64,000 nucleotides of DNA from Octopus vulgaris (GCA_951406725.2 OX597814.1:197346001-197410000); one strand, 5' to 3'. Positions 13,321 to 26,646 are shown, counted from the stretch's first letter. Notes: generated by a model not told the origin, from the letters alone. Numbers and translations: made by a program.

Positions 13321-13492
13321 TACGAGGGAATGCTGAAAAAGTTCCTAGCTTTAAGGGTCTTACGAAAAGCCTAACTGGAGGACCGCCCTTCCGAGTTCTT
13401 TTACAGGTATTAGGAAAACTGAATGAAGGCTGCGACAACTGTGAATCTGAGAGGGAAATATGTTTAATAAATATCATAATTAACTAATCCTC
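13321..13492 (+). mobile_element. Mariner-derived MITE, partial
   Basis: TA-CGAGGG...GCTGAAAAAGTTCC TIR; same family as 14306, 47572 and 61203. Confidence 0.75.
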
Positions 13493-13764
13493 GTCTATGC
13501 TAGGAACGTTTGAGCGCCACCCTCGTGAGTGTTTGTGTGTGGGGGTATGTGTATGTATGTGATGGACTCTCCCGTAAAAGACGGCGTGTGTCTGCTCAGC
13601 TTGTGCCGAACGACCTGTACAAACTTTGCTCCTTCGTGCCACACATTAGCTCACTCCTTCCACCAAATCGACGTTGTCTGAACAGGTGCACTGCGTGCCA
13701 CGCGTCAGGTGTCGAAGTGATCGCAGAGCAACAGGAAAATGTAGTGTTTTATGTGTGTGTGTTT

Positions 13765-13922
13765 ATTCTCTCTCTGGTTATTTTCTCGTATTCCTTTCTG
13801 TTGAAGAGCATAGGCACGAAACGTAAAATAATTTCTCACCTTCCTGAGCGTTAAACTAATACACCTGTTTGTTGTTTATATACCTGTCTTCGTGTTTTGA
13901 TTTTTTGTAAATTCCAACTAAT
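13765..13922 (+). mobile_element. Penelope-like terminal fragment with a degenerate hammerhead motif
   Basis: TTT-CTGTTGA-A-GAGC-atag-GCAC-GAAACGT-A-AAA, then ttcctgagcgt shared with the 63845-64000 element. Confidence 0.5.
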
Positions 13923-14305
13923 ATATATATGTGTGTGTGTGAGAAAGATAGACAGATAGATATACGAACTATAAAATATATGAGTATGTGTGTGTGTATG
14001 TATATATATATATATATATATATCCATCCATCCATCCAGGCAATAGAGACTTATAAATCTATACAGATATTTCACTGAGTGGCTATGCCCAGTTGGGGAA
14101 CTACTGAACAATCTGAGAACATTAAATCGAAATAGAATTTATATCTGCGGTAGGACTTCCAATGTGATAAATTTAAAGTTCGCTAAGAAACTTTCCAAAA
14201 CTTTTAGATTATATAATAAAGACATGAATAAAGGATTACACCGTGCAAAGGCCAACGCATGTTTCTATTGTATAAGCATTTTTTATATAACTAAATGGTA
14301 CAATA

Positions 14306-14505
14306 TAGAGGGTGCTGAAAAGTTACTGGCTTTCAGGGTATTGCGAAGGACTTGTTTGGAGGACCAGCCTAATGAGTTCTTTTCAGGGCTTAGGAAAACT
14401 GAAGGCCCGCTCCAATGAGAGGGGAATACATTGAATAAAATCATAATTAACTGATCCTATATTTTCTTTTACCCAAAGCCAGGAACTTTTCAGCACATCC
14501 TCATA
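14306..14505 (+). mobile_element. Complete mariner-derived MITE (~200 bp)
   Basis: TIRs gagggtgctgaaaagttactggcttt / aaagccaggaacttttcagcacatcctc; interior resembles a transposase C-terminus (LEDQPNEFF). Confidence 0.8.
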
Positions 14506-14624
14506 CAACTCGACCCGTATTAGATCGATTATGGAATCAAATACACGCATACACATGTATATTTTTTCATATATACGTGTATGTATGTATACATATATAT
14601 ATATATATATAATATATATATATG

Positions 14625-15200
14625 TGGGAGGGGGCACAGGACGTCATGAAACGTTTACAGCAAAAAAATATGAGGCACGAGTACTTGGAACATGAACTAT
14701 TCTTTCTAACAACGTAAGACACAAATGGAAAACAGAACAACATAAATAACGACCCTTTATGAGCTGTTGGCTGTTTCTCTAGTCTCCTATTTCGAGCATT
14801 TAACAACAATATACGCTTTCGATAAAACAGTTGCTCCTGTAAAGCAAATTAAATAAAATTTGGGATTTTGCGGAGGGTCAAAATAGGTAACACAAACAGG
14901 ATAGTGAAAACGAACAGGAAGGGCGGCTAAGCCTAAACGAGACTGTGGTGGCGAACGCGTAAATCAAACTAGGTCAGAAGACAAACAAGAACACGTCTCC
15001 TTGATCCAGCTACAAACAGAGAGAAAGTTGGCCGATGGTTACGTGTGAGCTACGTGAGCAAGGAAGGAGGAGTGAGGGAGAGAAAGTGGCAGAGTAATAG
15101 GATAGAATAGTGGAGGAAGAGGAGGTAAAAGAATAAGAGAGAGAAAAACGAAAGAGTAAAAAGATCGTATAGAGCGTGCATCAGAATTATAAAGATAAAA
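14625..15200. mobile_element. Unclassified repeat next to (TA)n, possibly Penelope-like
   Basis: Purine-rich complex segment starting at a TA tract; motif layout similar to 1085-1272. Confidence 0.35.
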
Positions 15201-15769
15201 CTTGTATATTTGTATCTGTGTGCATATGCATGTATGTAAAGGTGCGGGTTATATAAATATTTAATACACTATATTTGTAAAACGCTAAGTTAACAAGACA
15301 AGTTTTTCCTTCCTTCTGAAAAATTCATTAATCCAAAAAGTAAAATGATTTCGTCTCAGAACCGAAACCATTTAAAATATTTACTCGCTCATCTCTTTCG
15401 ATAAAGAAGTTTGCTTAAAACTCTTTTTATAATCGTTTCGATTTATATTTATGACTAATTCTCTCATAGTTACAATAGCCCCCCCATGTTTTATCTTCTA
15501 TTATATTATCAAAGTCTAATATGTAATAATAGCCTTTCGGTATGTATGTAAGTGTGTGTGTGTGCGTATTGGTTTCAACGCTAATAACAAAAAATATCTT
15601 CCGATCTAATTAATTAAAATGAAGCAGTGAACCGGGTCTCTAACACGTTGATAGCAAGTAGTGAACATCGATTTTCTGCATCTGAATTGACAAATGTTTA
15701 TCAAGTAGCTTGAGACTCTATTAACGATAATTGAATATTAGTAAGAACTGGTGATTTCCATTGGAATGT

Positions 15770-15797
15770 TTCTCTTTACCTTTTCCTCTCTCCCCCT

Positions 15798-15836
<39 letters not shown>

Positions 15837-16340
15837 TATTTTAATATTCCTATCTCTCTTTTACCATTGTCGCTCTTTCAACTCATTTTTGGTCTCTATT
15901 TTTTCTCCCCTTCTCCTTTTTCTCCCATACCGTCTCTCTTTCTCTTTTTCTCCTTTTCTCACTACCTCGCTTTCTCTCGCTCTCTCTCCCTCTCCCTCCC
16001 TTCCCTCGCCCTCAATGTTTTGCTCTCTCTCCCTCTCCCTCCCTTCCCTCGCCCTCAATGTTTTGCTCTCTCTCCCTCTCCCTCCCTTCCCTCGCCCTCA
16101 ATGTTTTGCTCTCTCTGTCTCTTTCTGTCTATCTCTCTCTATCTGTCCATCTCTGTCACAAACGCACTCTCTCTCTCTATCAAACACACACACACATACA
16201 CCTTGTTTCTTTATTTTTACTATCACTGTCCAACTTCTACCCTATTCACTCTTTCTACTCCTTTTCTCTCACTTCCCCTCTCATACTCACTCAATTTCTT
16301 TCTACTTCTCTCTCACCCTCTCTCTCTCTCAATTCTCTCT
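15770..16340. repeat. (CT)-rich polypyrimidine tract with a 43-bp unit repeated 3 times (15981-16115)
   Basis: tctctctccctctccctcccttccctcgccctcaatgttttgc x3. Confidence 0.9.
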
Positions 16341-17109
16341 AATCAAGATAATACTATGCAGGGAATGCATGCCTCTAACTATAGAAGCGTACCCATGCTT
16401 TGACGTCAATGCTTAAACAATATCTCCACATCTCTATATATGGTAACCTGCGTTTCATCATAGCATATCATGAATGGGCAACCATACCTTACATATGCTA
16501 TGCAGTATTTTTATATCAACGTTGCATCATATTCGTTGGGGGTTTTTTCTGTATTTTCTTTTTACATAATATTTTATTAAGAATGGACGACAGATGGAGG
16601 AGATAATTTGAGGTAATGGAATTGAATTTCTATAGAAGATTAGGTTAAGATAGGAAACAAAATCGTAATAAAAAATAATTAATAAGTAAATAAATAGCTA
16701 AATACTGTGATAGAATAAGACTTGTCAATTAATGTCCTTACTGCAAGCCAAATGATGGGGAAAAAATTAATAGATGCATTATACCGACTCATTAAAGGAT
16801 ATTTCATACACACTGAGAGAGACATTAACTGTATATATACATATATATATATATTTGTTTGTATATTATGTTGATAATATATAAAAATATATATATATAC
16901 ACATATGCGCATATATATAGACACACACGAATGTCTGTTGATTATATAAAGATTAACAGTAAAGTATATATATATAAACACATATATATATATATACTGT
17001 TATATGTATATATATGAATAATATACATGTTTGTGTGTGTATATATATATATATTTCGAGAGTGAGAGACAGAGAGAGTTGTTATATGTATATATGAATA
17101 ATACGTTTC

Positions 17110-17142
<33 letters not shown>

Positions 17143-17804
17143 GTTTGTGTGTTAATATATATATATACATATACACACACATATATTCACAGAGGGAAAG
17201 AAAGATAGAGATATAGAAAACATCGTCACCCTCGTTGTCCTCATTATCATCGTCATCATCGCCATCGTCGTCGTGTCATTATTGTCATTGTTATCAATAT
17301 CGTTATCGTCATGGTCGTTGTCAATGTCGACGAGAGAAAAATAGGTACACAATACACCGTATCAGGTATGTATGTTTTATATCATCTTTGAAGCACAAAA
17401 TACCGATATTACTGAAGGGGATTGTTTCTCGTGTACAATACAGGTTACACGCGAAACATGAGGACACTAAGGAAATAAATGTCCGACATTATTTCAGATT
17501 CAAAGAACACCATCAGTATTACGCTTGCGTAATACTGATATAACGTCTGAGATCGTGTATGAGACTTTTAGTTGCTCCTAGTACGAGTTCCACACTCTTG
17601 TGTTCCATAGTGCTTAAGAAACCAGAAGTTCAGAGGCACAACTTCACTTGGAATCCATGTATTACATTTAGTTTCTGTTATTTTACCCCTTTCAGTTATT
17701 GGACGGCGGCCCTGCGGGAGTACCGCCTTGGTGGGTTTAGGTCGAACCAATTGACTTTCTTTTAATATAATTTTTTTGAAAGTCCGCTAGTTATTCTGTT
17801 AGTA

Positions 17805-17943
17805 TCGAAAACCTTGCGAATGAATTTGGTAGACGGAGCCATAAATATTATACACATACACACACACGTGTATATATATATATATATCTGTGTGTGTGTG
17901 TGTGTGTGTGTGTATGTATATATCTGTGTGTGTGTATGTATAT

Positions 17944-17995
<52 letters not shown>

Positions 17996-18200
17996 TTACA
18001 TATGTATATGTACTGTGTTTGTGTGTATCACAATCGCTTGAAAACTTATCTTGGTTTGTTTGCGTCCCCGTAACTTAGCAATTTGGCATGAGCCACAGAT
18101 AAAATAAGTAGCAGACGTTAAGAAAAAGCAAAAAAAAAAGACTACCTGACGTCGATTTGTTCAACTAACATTCTGACAGGCGGTGCCCCAGCATGTCCGC
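17805..18200 (+). mobile_element. Decayed SINE family B with expanded internal microsatellite
   Basis: gaatttggtagacgg-(TA/TG)n-cgtccccgtaacttagc...ggcggtgccccagcatg. Confidence 0.75.
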
Positions 18201-18704
18201 ACTCGAAAACAAGTATCGAACAGATAATAAATCCGAAAAGAAACTTAGGGAAATGTTAATTTGTATTTTTTTAATATTTTTCTTCTTCCATTTTTGTTTT
18301 TTGTTGTTGTTGGTGTTGTTGTTTTTCTTTCGAAATGCTGACAGCGGCAAATTAGACGTGTGCGCTTATGCGAACATCTCATCGGCTTCGTAATAATCCT
18401 TTTAGTTTAAGTAACTCCAAGTGTTTATTGAAATATTTTTAAACAAACCAAATTCCATCATAAAAGCCAATCAAGGGTCTTCACTGGAAAATGACAGAAT
18501 ACCGGTTGTCATTAGAATTTATTACAACAAAGTAAAAAAACCGTTTCGTCATGCAATCTCTTCATCTCTTTCATTTCATGCTGGGAATCCGTAAAGTAAT
18601 GCTTTAAGGCATGTGCATAATACAGGTTTTGTAAAATGAACAGCGCCATTCAACAAGATTATTTCCAAAAATATAGAACATAGAAGAACCATATACATAT
18701 ATAT

Positions 18705-19132
18705 AGGAGTGGTTGTGTGGTAAGTAGCTTGCTTACCAATCCACATGGCTCTGCGTTCAGTCCCACTGCGTGGCACCTTGGACAAGTGTCTTCTACTATA
18801 GCCCCGGCCCTACCAAACTTTTGTGAGGAGATTTGGTAGACGGAAACTGAAAGAAGCCCACATAGTATATATATATATATATATATTGTGTGCGTGCATG
18901 TGTGTGTGTTTACGTGTGTGTATGTTTGCGTTTGTGTTTGTCCCTCCACCATCGTTTGATGACCGATGCTGGTGTGTTTACGTCCCCGTAACATAGGGGT
19001 TCAGCAAAAGTGATCGATAGAATAAGTACTAGGCTTACAAAGAATATGTCCTGGGGTCAATTTGTTCGACTAAAGGCGGTGCTCCAGCATGGCTGCAGTC
19101 AAATGACGGAAACAATTAAGAGTAAAGAAGTA
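18705..19132 (+). mobile_element. Full-length SINE family B
   Basis: Colinear with 12089-12499. Confidence 0.92.
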
Positions 19133-19473
19133 AAATATATATTTTTTTATTTATCTTTCAATCATTTTGACTATGGCCATGCTGGAGCATCGCCTTTTAG
19201 TCGAAGAAATCGACGTGTGCATTTGGCTACGTTTATTTATGTATGTCTGTGTGTGTATTTACGTAAGCACCATTTTAAGATTTCGCGTTTTTCTTTACGT
19301 TGTATGTGTTAACTTAGTGTTAAGACAAACACAAACCTTTAAGAAACGAACGAAACTGAAATATGTACTACGATTGATATGATTAACTAAACCCAGTATG
19401 TGAGCCAGTATGGAGGATGTCTTCTCATGAAAACCAATACTTATATACATAACAGAATGAATAATGGGTATTA

Positions 19474-19536
<63 letters not shown>

Positions 19537-19647
19537 TGGCCTGCTCGCTTAGCCAGCGGTATGGCGTCATTTGAAGGCTAAAACAATGCGAAGCGCATTG
19601 TGACCAGCGATGTGTAGCAGCATCTGATAGCCTGCTCGGTCACGGTG

Positions 19648-19650
<3 letters not shown>
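19537..19650 (+). mobile_element. 3' fragment of SINE family C inside (CA)/(TA) repeats
   Basis: Matches 3325-3435; inverse of 22058-22162. Confidence 0.75.
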
Positions 19651-19685
<35 letters not shown>

Positions 19686-19757
19686 TATATTATATTATAT
19701 TTTGTGAAATTTGATTTAGTATTTCTAAATAATATTCCCTCATATTATTATTATTAC

Positions 19758-19863
19758 ATATTAAAGGAAAATGGTCAAAACAAAGTTAAGACGAGTATCT
19801 CAGCTCATTTAGCATAGAGAAACTCGTCCTGCCTTGGTTTTGTTGTCCATTTTCCTTTAATAT
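19758..19863. repeat. 106-bp imperfect palindrome (MITE-like)
   Basis: atattaaaggaaaatgg/ccattttcctttaatat perfect 17 bp; inner gacgagtatctc/gagaaactcgtc. Confidence 0.8.
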
Positions 19864-22030
19864 ATACCCGCTAACTCGGGAGCCTACTACAGATCACTCG
19901 CGCCACCTTCAGCTCTGAACTTGGAACCCAATGGATGACCAGTGATAGGTCTTATGCAGCGTACCTATTCGTTTAGATCATCAGTGGACGAAACGCCTCA
20001 TATTCGATATAAATTTATATACATTCATACGTGGGTGGACTGGGAACTAATGCTGTGTTTATTTGCATTACTTTTCGACTCAGCTTCGTGCGTGTATGTA
20101 TGTATGTGTGTATATATATATATATATATGTACTTATGATTGTATGTATGCAAGTATGTATTTATGTATGCATGTGTGTGTTAAAATCAAATTCCATAAG
20201 GCTCTTCAAAATGAGTCTTTGACGTGAAAGGCGTAACGTAAAAGTGAGAACGTTTGCTTGGATACTTCGAGTAATGTAACAATAAACGGCAAAGTTAAAA
20301 TTCACATAATAGAATAAATGAATGTTTTTTCAGAAAGAAACAATTTATAATGCCTCGGAGGAAGAAACATGATGTGGGAGTAAAACGTGTGAGAGACTAT
20401 ATTTTTTTCTGGAAAAAGGGTTGTATTTCTACGATTTCTTCTCAAACAAACGTCTGTTTTCAGAACATCAAAACTGTATTCTCTTTATCGCGTTTGATCA
20501 TTCTGTGGATTTTGTGGAACCATTGTTTTCCTTCATTAAAAAAAAATCTATTAAGAGTGGCTGGGTAATTTGTTGTGCAGATACAGACTATCATTATGTC
20601 TCTAAAAAATTTTAATTTTATATTTTACATGTTCACTTTCCTTTACTCTGTGATGGCATTAATTAAATTGTTGCCATCATTTTAGCTAAGCCTTTATTTA
20701 AAACACCGTTTGCTTAAAATCCACAGCAAAAAGAAAAATATATATATCAACATCCATAATGCTCACATAGCACTTGATTAAATCTTTTTTTTCTATTTAA
20801 TCACAATATCAGTCTAAACTATAGAGCTCTGTGACGTCAGCATCCTAAATCGATATCGCAAACAGATGAGTTAGTTTCAAAGTTTTCCCATTAAAAAAAA
20901 TGTATCTCATTTATACCCTTGTGTAAACATACTCCGACTTATATTGACTACTTCAGACGAAGATTTAGCCGCAAATTATATCTAGAAAATCTACGACTGT
21001 TTGCTTTTAATATGAATGATTACTTTACACAGGAATATAATATTACTATAAACACTATAAAGATGTAATTTATTTAGGATACCACGAAGAAAGAGAAAAT
21101 TTTAAAGTTACGAGAAGTACCTTGCTGAAAAGTGATATTTTTATTTCTGATGTCGCCGAATGGATAAATTGAGAAATTTCTGAATGATGGAAGATCATGG
21201 AAGAATTTATTCTCAAAAACAAATTAACAGGGAAGATATTCAATGTTATGTAAGACATTAAAATTATGAATTTAAAATAGGAAAATAAAAAGAAATTTAT
21301 GATCAGTAGACCTGTCTTTATTCGGTCTTAATTTATTTACCACGTAATATGTTTCTTTGAAGGAAAGTATAAGCTTAAATACAGATTTAACTGACGAGAA
21401 AAATAAAGATCCCTGACATTTGTGGTAGCAAAGCAATTAACTGAATACATACGTTGTACTGGCCTTACTGCACTCGCGTAAATATGGAAGGCCAAAATGA
21501 AAACGACTTGTTTAATTCAGAATATTTCTTGCTAAATCTTTTAATCGTTTCAGTCATTCAAATGTAGACAAGCTGGGGCACAACTTTGAAGAGTTTCGTA
21601 GAAGAAATCGATTTCAGCAATATTATTAAAGTCTCGAATTTATTCTACGGGGAGTCGATTTCCGAACATGAAAACAAACCAACAATGTTTAACAAGCAGT
21701 GGAGAGGAAAACCACAAAGTCAACACAAACACACAGACATACATGCACACGCACATACATTACACACACACACACACACACGCACACGCACACACGCGCG
21801 CGCGCGCATAAATATATGATACGAAGTTGTACTTGCATAGCAAGTGAGTTGAACAATGATCGTATGCTGAAACAAAAACAATTTCAGCGTTTAAGATGTT
21901 TGTAAGCCATTTAAGAACACACAAAACCCGTTAGTTTCAGTTCAAAATTTAAATTTGAGTCAAAATATTTTCGTTCTATGTGTAGTGTGTAGATATATAT
22001 ATATATGTGTGTGTGTGTGAGTGTAGATAG

Positions 22031-22057
<27 letters not shown>

Positions 22058-22064
<7 letters not shown>

Positions 22065-22162
22065 ACCGACCAGACCATCAGATGTTGCTACACATCGCTG
22101 GTCATAATGCGTTCGCATTGTTTTAGCCTTCGAATGACGCCACCCCGCTGGCTAAGCGAGCA
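22058..22162 (-). mobile_element. 3' fragment of SINE family C inside (TA)n
   Basis: Reverse complement of 19537-19650. Confidence 0.75.
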
Positions 22163-22167
22163 AACTA

Positions 22168-22211
<44 letters not shown>

Positions 22212-22284
22212 GTACATGTAATATGTACACATATATACATATATTCATGCATACATATATACACACATATACATAGGTGGACGT

Positions 22285-22595
22285 GTGGCTGTGTGGCTGT
22301 GTGGTAACAAATGTGGTTCCAAAACACATGGTCCGTGGTTCAGTCTCACTGAGTGGTGACTTGGCATGTGTCTTCTGCTATAGCCTCAGACCAACCAAAG
22401 CCTTGTCAGTGGATTTTGTAGACAGAAACTGAAACAAATCAACCGTATAAATATATATGCATATATGTAAGTCTATGTGTGTGTCTTTGTGTTTCTCACT
22501 CATCACTTCTTCAAAACTGCTGTTTTTTTTATTTACATCCCCATAACTTACTGGTTTCACAAGAAGAAACTCATAGAGTAAGTACCAGGCTTATC
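22285..22595 (+). mobile_element. Decayed SINE family B
   Basis: tggctgtgtggtaac...gtcttctgctatagcctcagaccaaccaaagccttg. Confidence 0.75.
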
Positions 22596-22740
22596 AACAT
22601 AAAAATACCACTAGACTGTGTCTCATAATTTTGTTTGCCCACTCAGTGGTATCTATCAGTTTATCTTTGTATGTATGTATGTATGTATATATATATATAT
22701 ATATATAATACACACACATGCACACGCACACACACACATG

Positions 22741-22797
<57 letters not shown>

Positions 22798-23228
22798 ATA
22801 TATATACATGTATGTATATGTGCATATTCATATCTATTATATCAAAGTCAATGTGTTCGTGTGTCACTTATACATTAAAAAACTGCTGCACCGATCATAA
22901 TGAAATTGGAACGCAAAATCCAAGCGTAGGGAGAAGGGTAATGCTGTGTGTTTCATACAATTTCATGAACCAAAATTACTGAATGGATCCTTATGATATT
23001 TGGAACTCAGGTTTAATGCATAAGGGCGAGTGTAATGCAATATATTTGGTTTGAATTTCAGACGGCTTAAAGGGAGCAGAACCCCCATGAAAATTCACAA
23101 ATTTTCGATATTGATGAAATTTCAACCATGGTTAATTGACACACATCAAGAAGTATTCTCAGTTTCCACTTCACATGAGGATTCTAAGGCACCCTAATGG
23201 GGGCCTTAACTCCCAAAATTATAGATAA

Positions 23229-23277
<49 letters not shown>

Positions 23278-23280
<3 letters not shown>

Positions 23281-23622
23281 CATAAAAGTAAATAAATGGC
23301 ACAACGAAGTACCGATATTTACTGGAAAATAGCGAACGTAATAAATACGACGCTAATGTATAGCTTCACTGCGTATGTACTAGCAAAAATGCGTGTGTGC
23401 AACAAACATGAAAACAATTGTCTTACCTCTAGGAAGAACATCTGAAAAATGAAATACCTAGAAAGGGATAATGTGGTACCGGTTTCAGATTCTTCAAAAT
23501 ATGTCTGCCCACATATATTTGATTTATCTTCATCAGCCACGTATACCTCGACAATTTATTACGTTCGCTATTTTCCAGTAAATATCAGTACTTCGTTGTG
23601 CCATTTATTTACTATTATGTAT
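23278..23622. mobile_element. 345-bp element with 69-bp terminal inverted repeats, next to (TA)n, carrying a hammerhead ribozyme
   Basis: 23278-23346 is the reverse complement of 23554-23622 with 2 mismatches. Confidence 0.8.
23473..23540 (-). ncRNA. Minimal type I hammerhead ribozyme
   Basis: GUGG-CUGAUGA-AGAU[..UCAAAUAUAUGU-GGGCAG-ACAUAUUUUGA..]AUCU-GAAA-C-CG-G-UA-CCAC; complete catalytic core; stems I and II pair; palindromic ACCGGU stem III. Confidence 0.75.
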
Positions 23623-23739
23623 AATTTTACCCTCACGGGCTATCCTTTACTGGAAAGCAATACTCTCGTATTGCATTAATATTTTCATATATATATATAT
23701 ATATATATACATTTAGATATTTATGTATAGATATATACA

Positions 23740-24105
23740 TATGTCTGTATATACATGTATGTATATGTCTATATGTGTATGTATATGTCTATATGTGTAT
23801 GTATATGTCTATATGTGTATGTATATGTCTATATGTGTATGTATATTCTATATGTGTATGTATATGTATATATGTGTATGTATATGTGTATGTATATGTC
23901 TATATGTGTATGTATATGTCTATATGTGTATGTATATGTCTATATGTGTATGTATATGTCTATATGTGTATGTATATGTCTATATGTGTATGTATATGTC
24001 TATATGTGTATGCATATGTCTATATGTGTGTGTATATGTGTATGTATATACATGTACATATGTGTGTGTGTGTATATGTATGTATATATGTGTGTGTGTG
24101 TATGT
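23740..24105. repeat. 20-bp minisatellite (tatatgtctatatgtgtatg)n
   Basis: About 12 near-perfect units. Confidence 0.92.
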
Positions 24106-25311
24106 ATAAATATTTATATCTATTGTATATATTCTATTATTATTAGTGTTATTATTAGTTGTAGTAGTAATGTTAGAAGTAGTAGTAGTAGTAGTAGTAA
24201 GGTAGTTAGCGTGTTGTCAGGATTGTTACTGCACCGAACAAATGTTCAACGGAATTTCTTCCTATTCTAGGTCCTGTGTTCATATTCCACCTTTCATCTT
24301 TTCGCAGTCGTTAAAGCATGTACCAGCTGAGCACTGGGGTTGATCTAATCGACTAACCTTCCCCACTAAACTCACTGTTTCTGCGCCAAAAGTTGAAAGA
24401 ATAATTATTGTTATTACCATTGCTGAAATGGTTATTGTCGGATTCATATTTTGCGTCCATAACAATGCTCCTGGGGAAAATTAGATTTTTACTTCAGTTA
24501 CTTGAAAGGGAAAAATGTTGACTTTCTTTATTATTTATGTTTGCTTTTTGCGGTGGTAGGAGTAGCTGCTGTTTACTTTGTCGACGGAAGGCTTTCAAAC
24601 ATTGGTTCATTCATCCATCCATTCATTCTATCACACGGGAATGAAAATTAAGTTCCGCCTTTAGTCTTTTAATGCGCTTATGCAAACATCCATTATACTT
24701 CTTTAAAAAATATTCAATACTGTCAGTTTTAAAGGATTGGTTGGGAATATTAGCTACAAATGTGGACACTATGGATTCGATCATGCCAATATCTGGGAAA
24801 TTTCAGAAAAACCAGATTTAAAAATTGTAAGGGCCATAATTTTAGTCACGGATATTTGCATCTTGACAGACACAAATGAAAAATCCTGCGTCGAAATTGC
24901 AAATATTGACAAGGTGTTAAGAATAACGTCAGCACTATATGTTTGCTAGAGTTGTGAGTCGCGAAGACGCTTGGGATATGTATCGGCTCTGGAGTAAGAG
25001 TAGAACGTTCGAGACATTGGCTAGAAACGAAGAAAACACATCCATAAACCATTTCCTGATTCATTGAGAAGATATTGTGTCACACATCTTTCATTGTTTT
25101 CCATTAAATACCCCCTCATTAGCAAATTATGTTGCTATTTGTTTTGGAAAACCACAACATTCTCACTTGTTTTTGTCGGTTTGTATGTAATGATGTATAC
25201 AAAATTTAAGCGCAATTTCAGTATTTCATGTTACGTAATAATAACTATTATTACCATTATTATAATCGTAATCATCATCACAATCATTGTGATCATCATT
25301 ATTATTATTCA

Positions 25312-25795
25312 GTGAGAGAGCAGCATATGGCATCAAACTGACACTGAGGTACAATTATACGAATGCCTGTATACCTATCATGACTACACTTGACATGTGC
25401 ATCACAACCTTATGTGCGCGTCATATTCACCTAATAGCAAGACAGCGTATGATTTCGCAGGTGGGGCCCAGTAAGAATTTGCTTCGGGTTGAGTAGCCCT
25501 CCCCGCTAGAAAGATTCCTGAATAAGGGTTGTTTAATGATGTTGAACGAAACAATCATGTTTCCAGAGGTGAATTATTCAAACCTGAAAGAATTCCTCTC
25601 AACAAATGGCTGTGATGCTCTCTCATTCCTTCTGCTCTTGATCAGAAATGCACATATCGTCAGCCACCAAAGTACATGCTTAACTGGTTAAAGGTTAGCC
25701 GTTACAAGGAAGCCTGCGGTAAGAGCCGAATATTTACTGTAGCCCATTTTTTACACCAAGACAAAACATGTACATGATAAAATTTCTAATTAGTT
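25312..25795. mobile_element. (TTA)n-associated interspersed element, copy 1
   Basis: Colinear with 26647-27174; begins gtgagagagcag right after an (ATT/ATC)n tract. Confidence 0.8.
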
Positions 25796-25939
25796 CGCCT
25801 AGATCTATTTTACCATTAAATTCTTCGAGGTCGATAAAATACTTACCAATCAAGTACCAGTAGACTTTACAAGCCCCTCAAAAACCCTGCCTGCGCCGAC
25901 GTCTGAAGTCACTATTATGTTGTTTGTTCCTTCTCGAGT

Positions 25940-26185
25940 CACGCCTGACTCATAGGGCCGGTTTCCCTGTTTCCTTGGAGTTTTGATTTCCCACCTAGAC
26001 GGGACGCAAGTCTGTCGCAGATGAGCTGCAAGATGCAGGAGGAAATGAGAGAAAGTTGTGGCTGGAGCCGCGTGGAGCTTAGGTGTTTCGCTCATAAGCA
26101 CATACATCATCCGGTCTGAGATTCGAACCGCCGATCCCTCGACCGCGATTCCGCTGCTCTAACCACTATGCTATGTACCTCCGCG
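25940..26185 (-). mobile_element. tRNA-Arg-like SINE family D
   Basis: Reverse complement gives ggagg...tagtggttagagcagcggaatcgcggtcgagggatcgg..ggttcgaatctc; body matches 55826-56095. Confidence 0.8.
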
Positions 26186-26378
26186 AAGTCACTTTTACAA
26201 TCAGGGAAAACTTCTTTCTAGCTATATACTGCATTCGCCCATCATTCATCGGACGCCACCCAAACACGAATTAAGCACTGGAGTCGATATAATCGACTTA
26301 CCCCTTCCAGTAAAATTTCTGGTCCTATGCCTTTAATAGAAACAAGTAGTAGTAGTTGTTGTTGTTGTTGTATTTCAA

Positions 26379-26575
26379 GGCGGCGAGCTGGCGGAATCGT
26401 TAGCATGCCGGGCAAAATGCTTAGCGACATCTTATCCGTCTTTATGCTTTGAGTTCAAATTCCACGGAGGTCTACTTTTCCTTTCATATTTCCGGGGTTC
26501 GATAAAATAAGTACCAGTTGAGGTATTCAACATACCCCTCCCGGAACTTGCTGGATTTGAGCCAGAGTTTGAAAT
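26379..26575 (+). mobile_element. SINE family A
   Basis: ggcggcgagctggcggaatcgttagc...gataaaataagtaccagtt. Confidence 0.85.
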
Positions 26576-26646
26576 TATTGCCTTTCATAGACAGATTATT
26601 ATGATTATTATTATTATTATGATTATTATTATTATTATTATTATTA

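Noticed and set aside
19960-20000. CUGAUGA on minus and GAAACG on plus
   Set aside because: The two core halves are on opposite strands, so no hammerhead fold.
22830-23230. Possible second Helitron-like element starting TCTATTATATCAAAG
   Set aside because: No 3' hairpin-CTRR end identified; too decayed to call.
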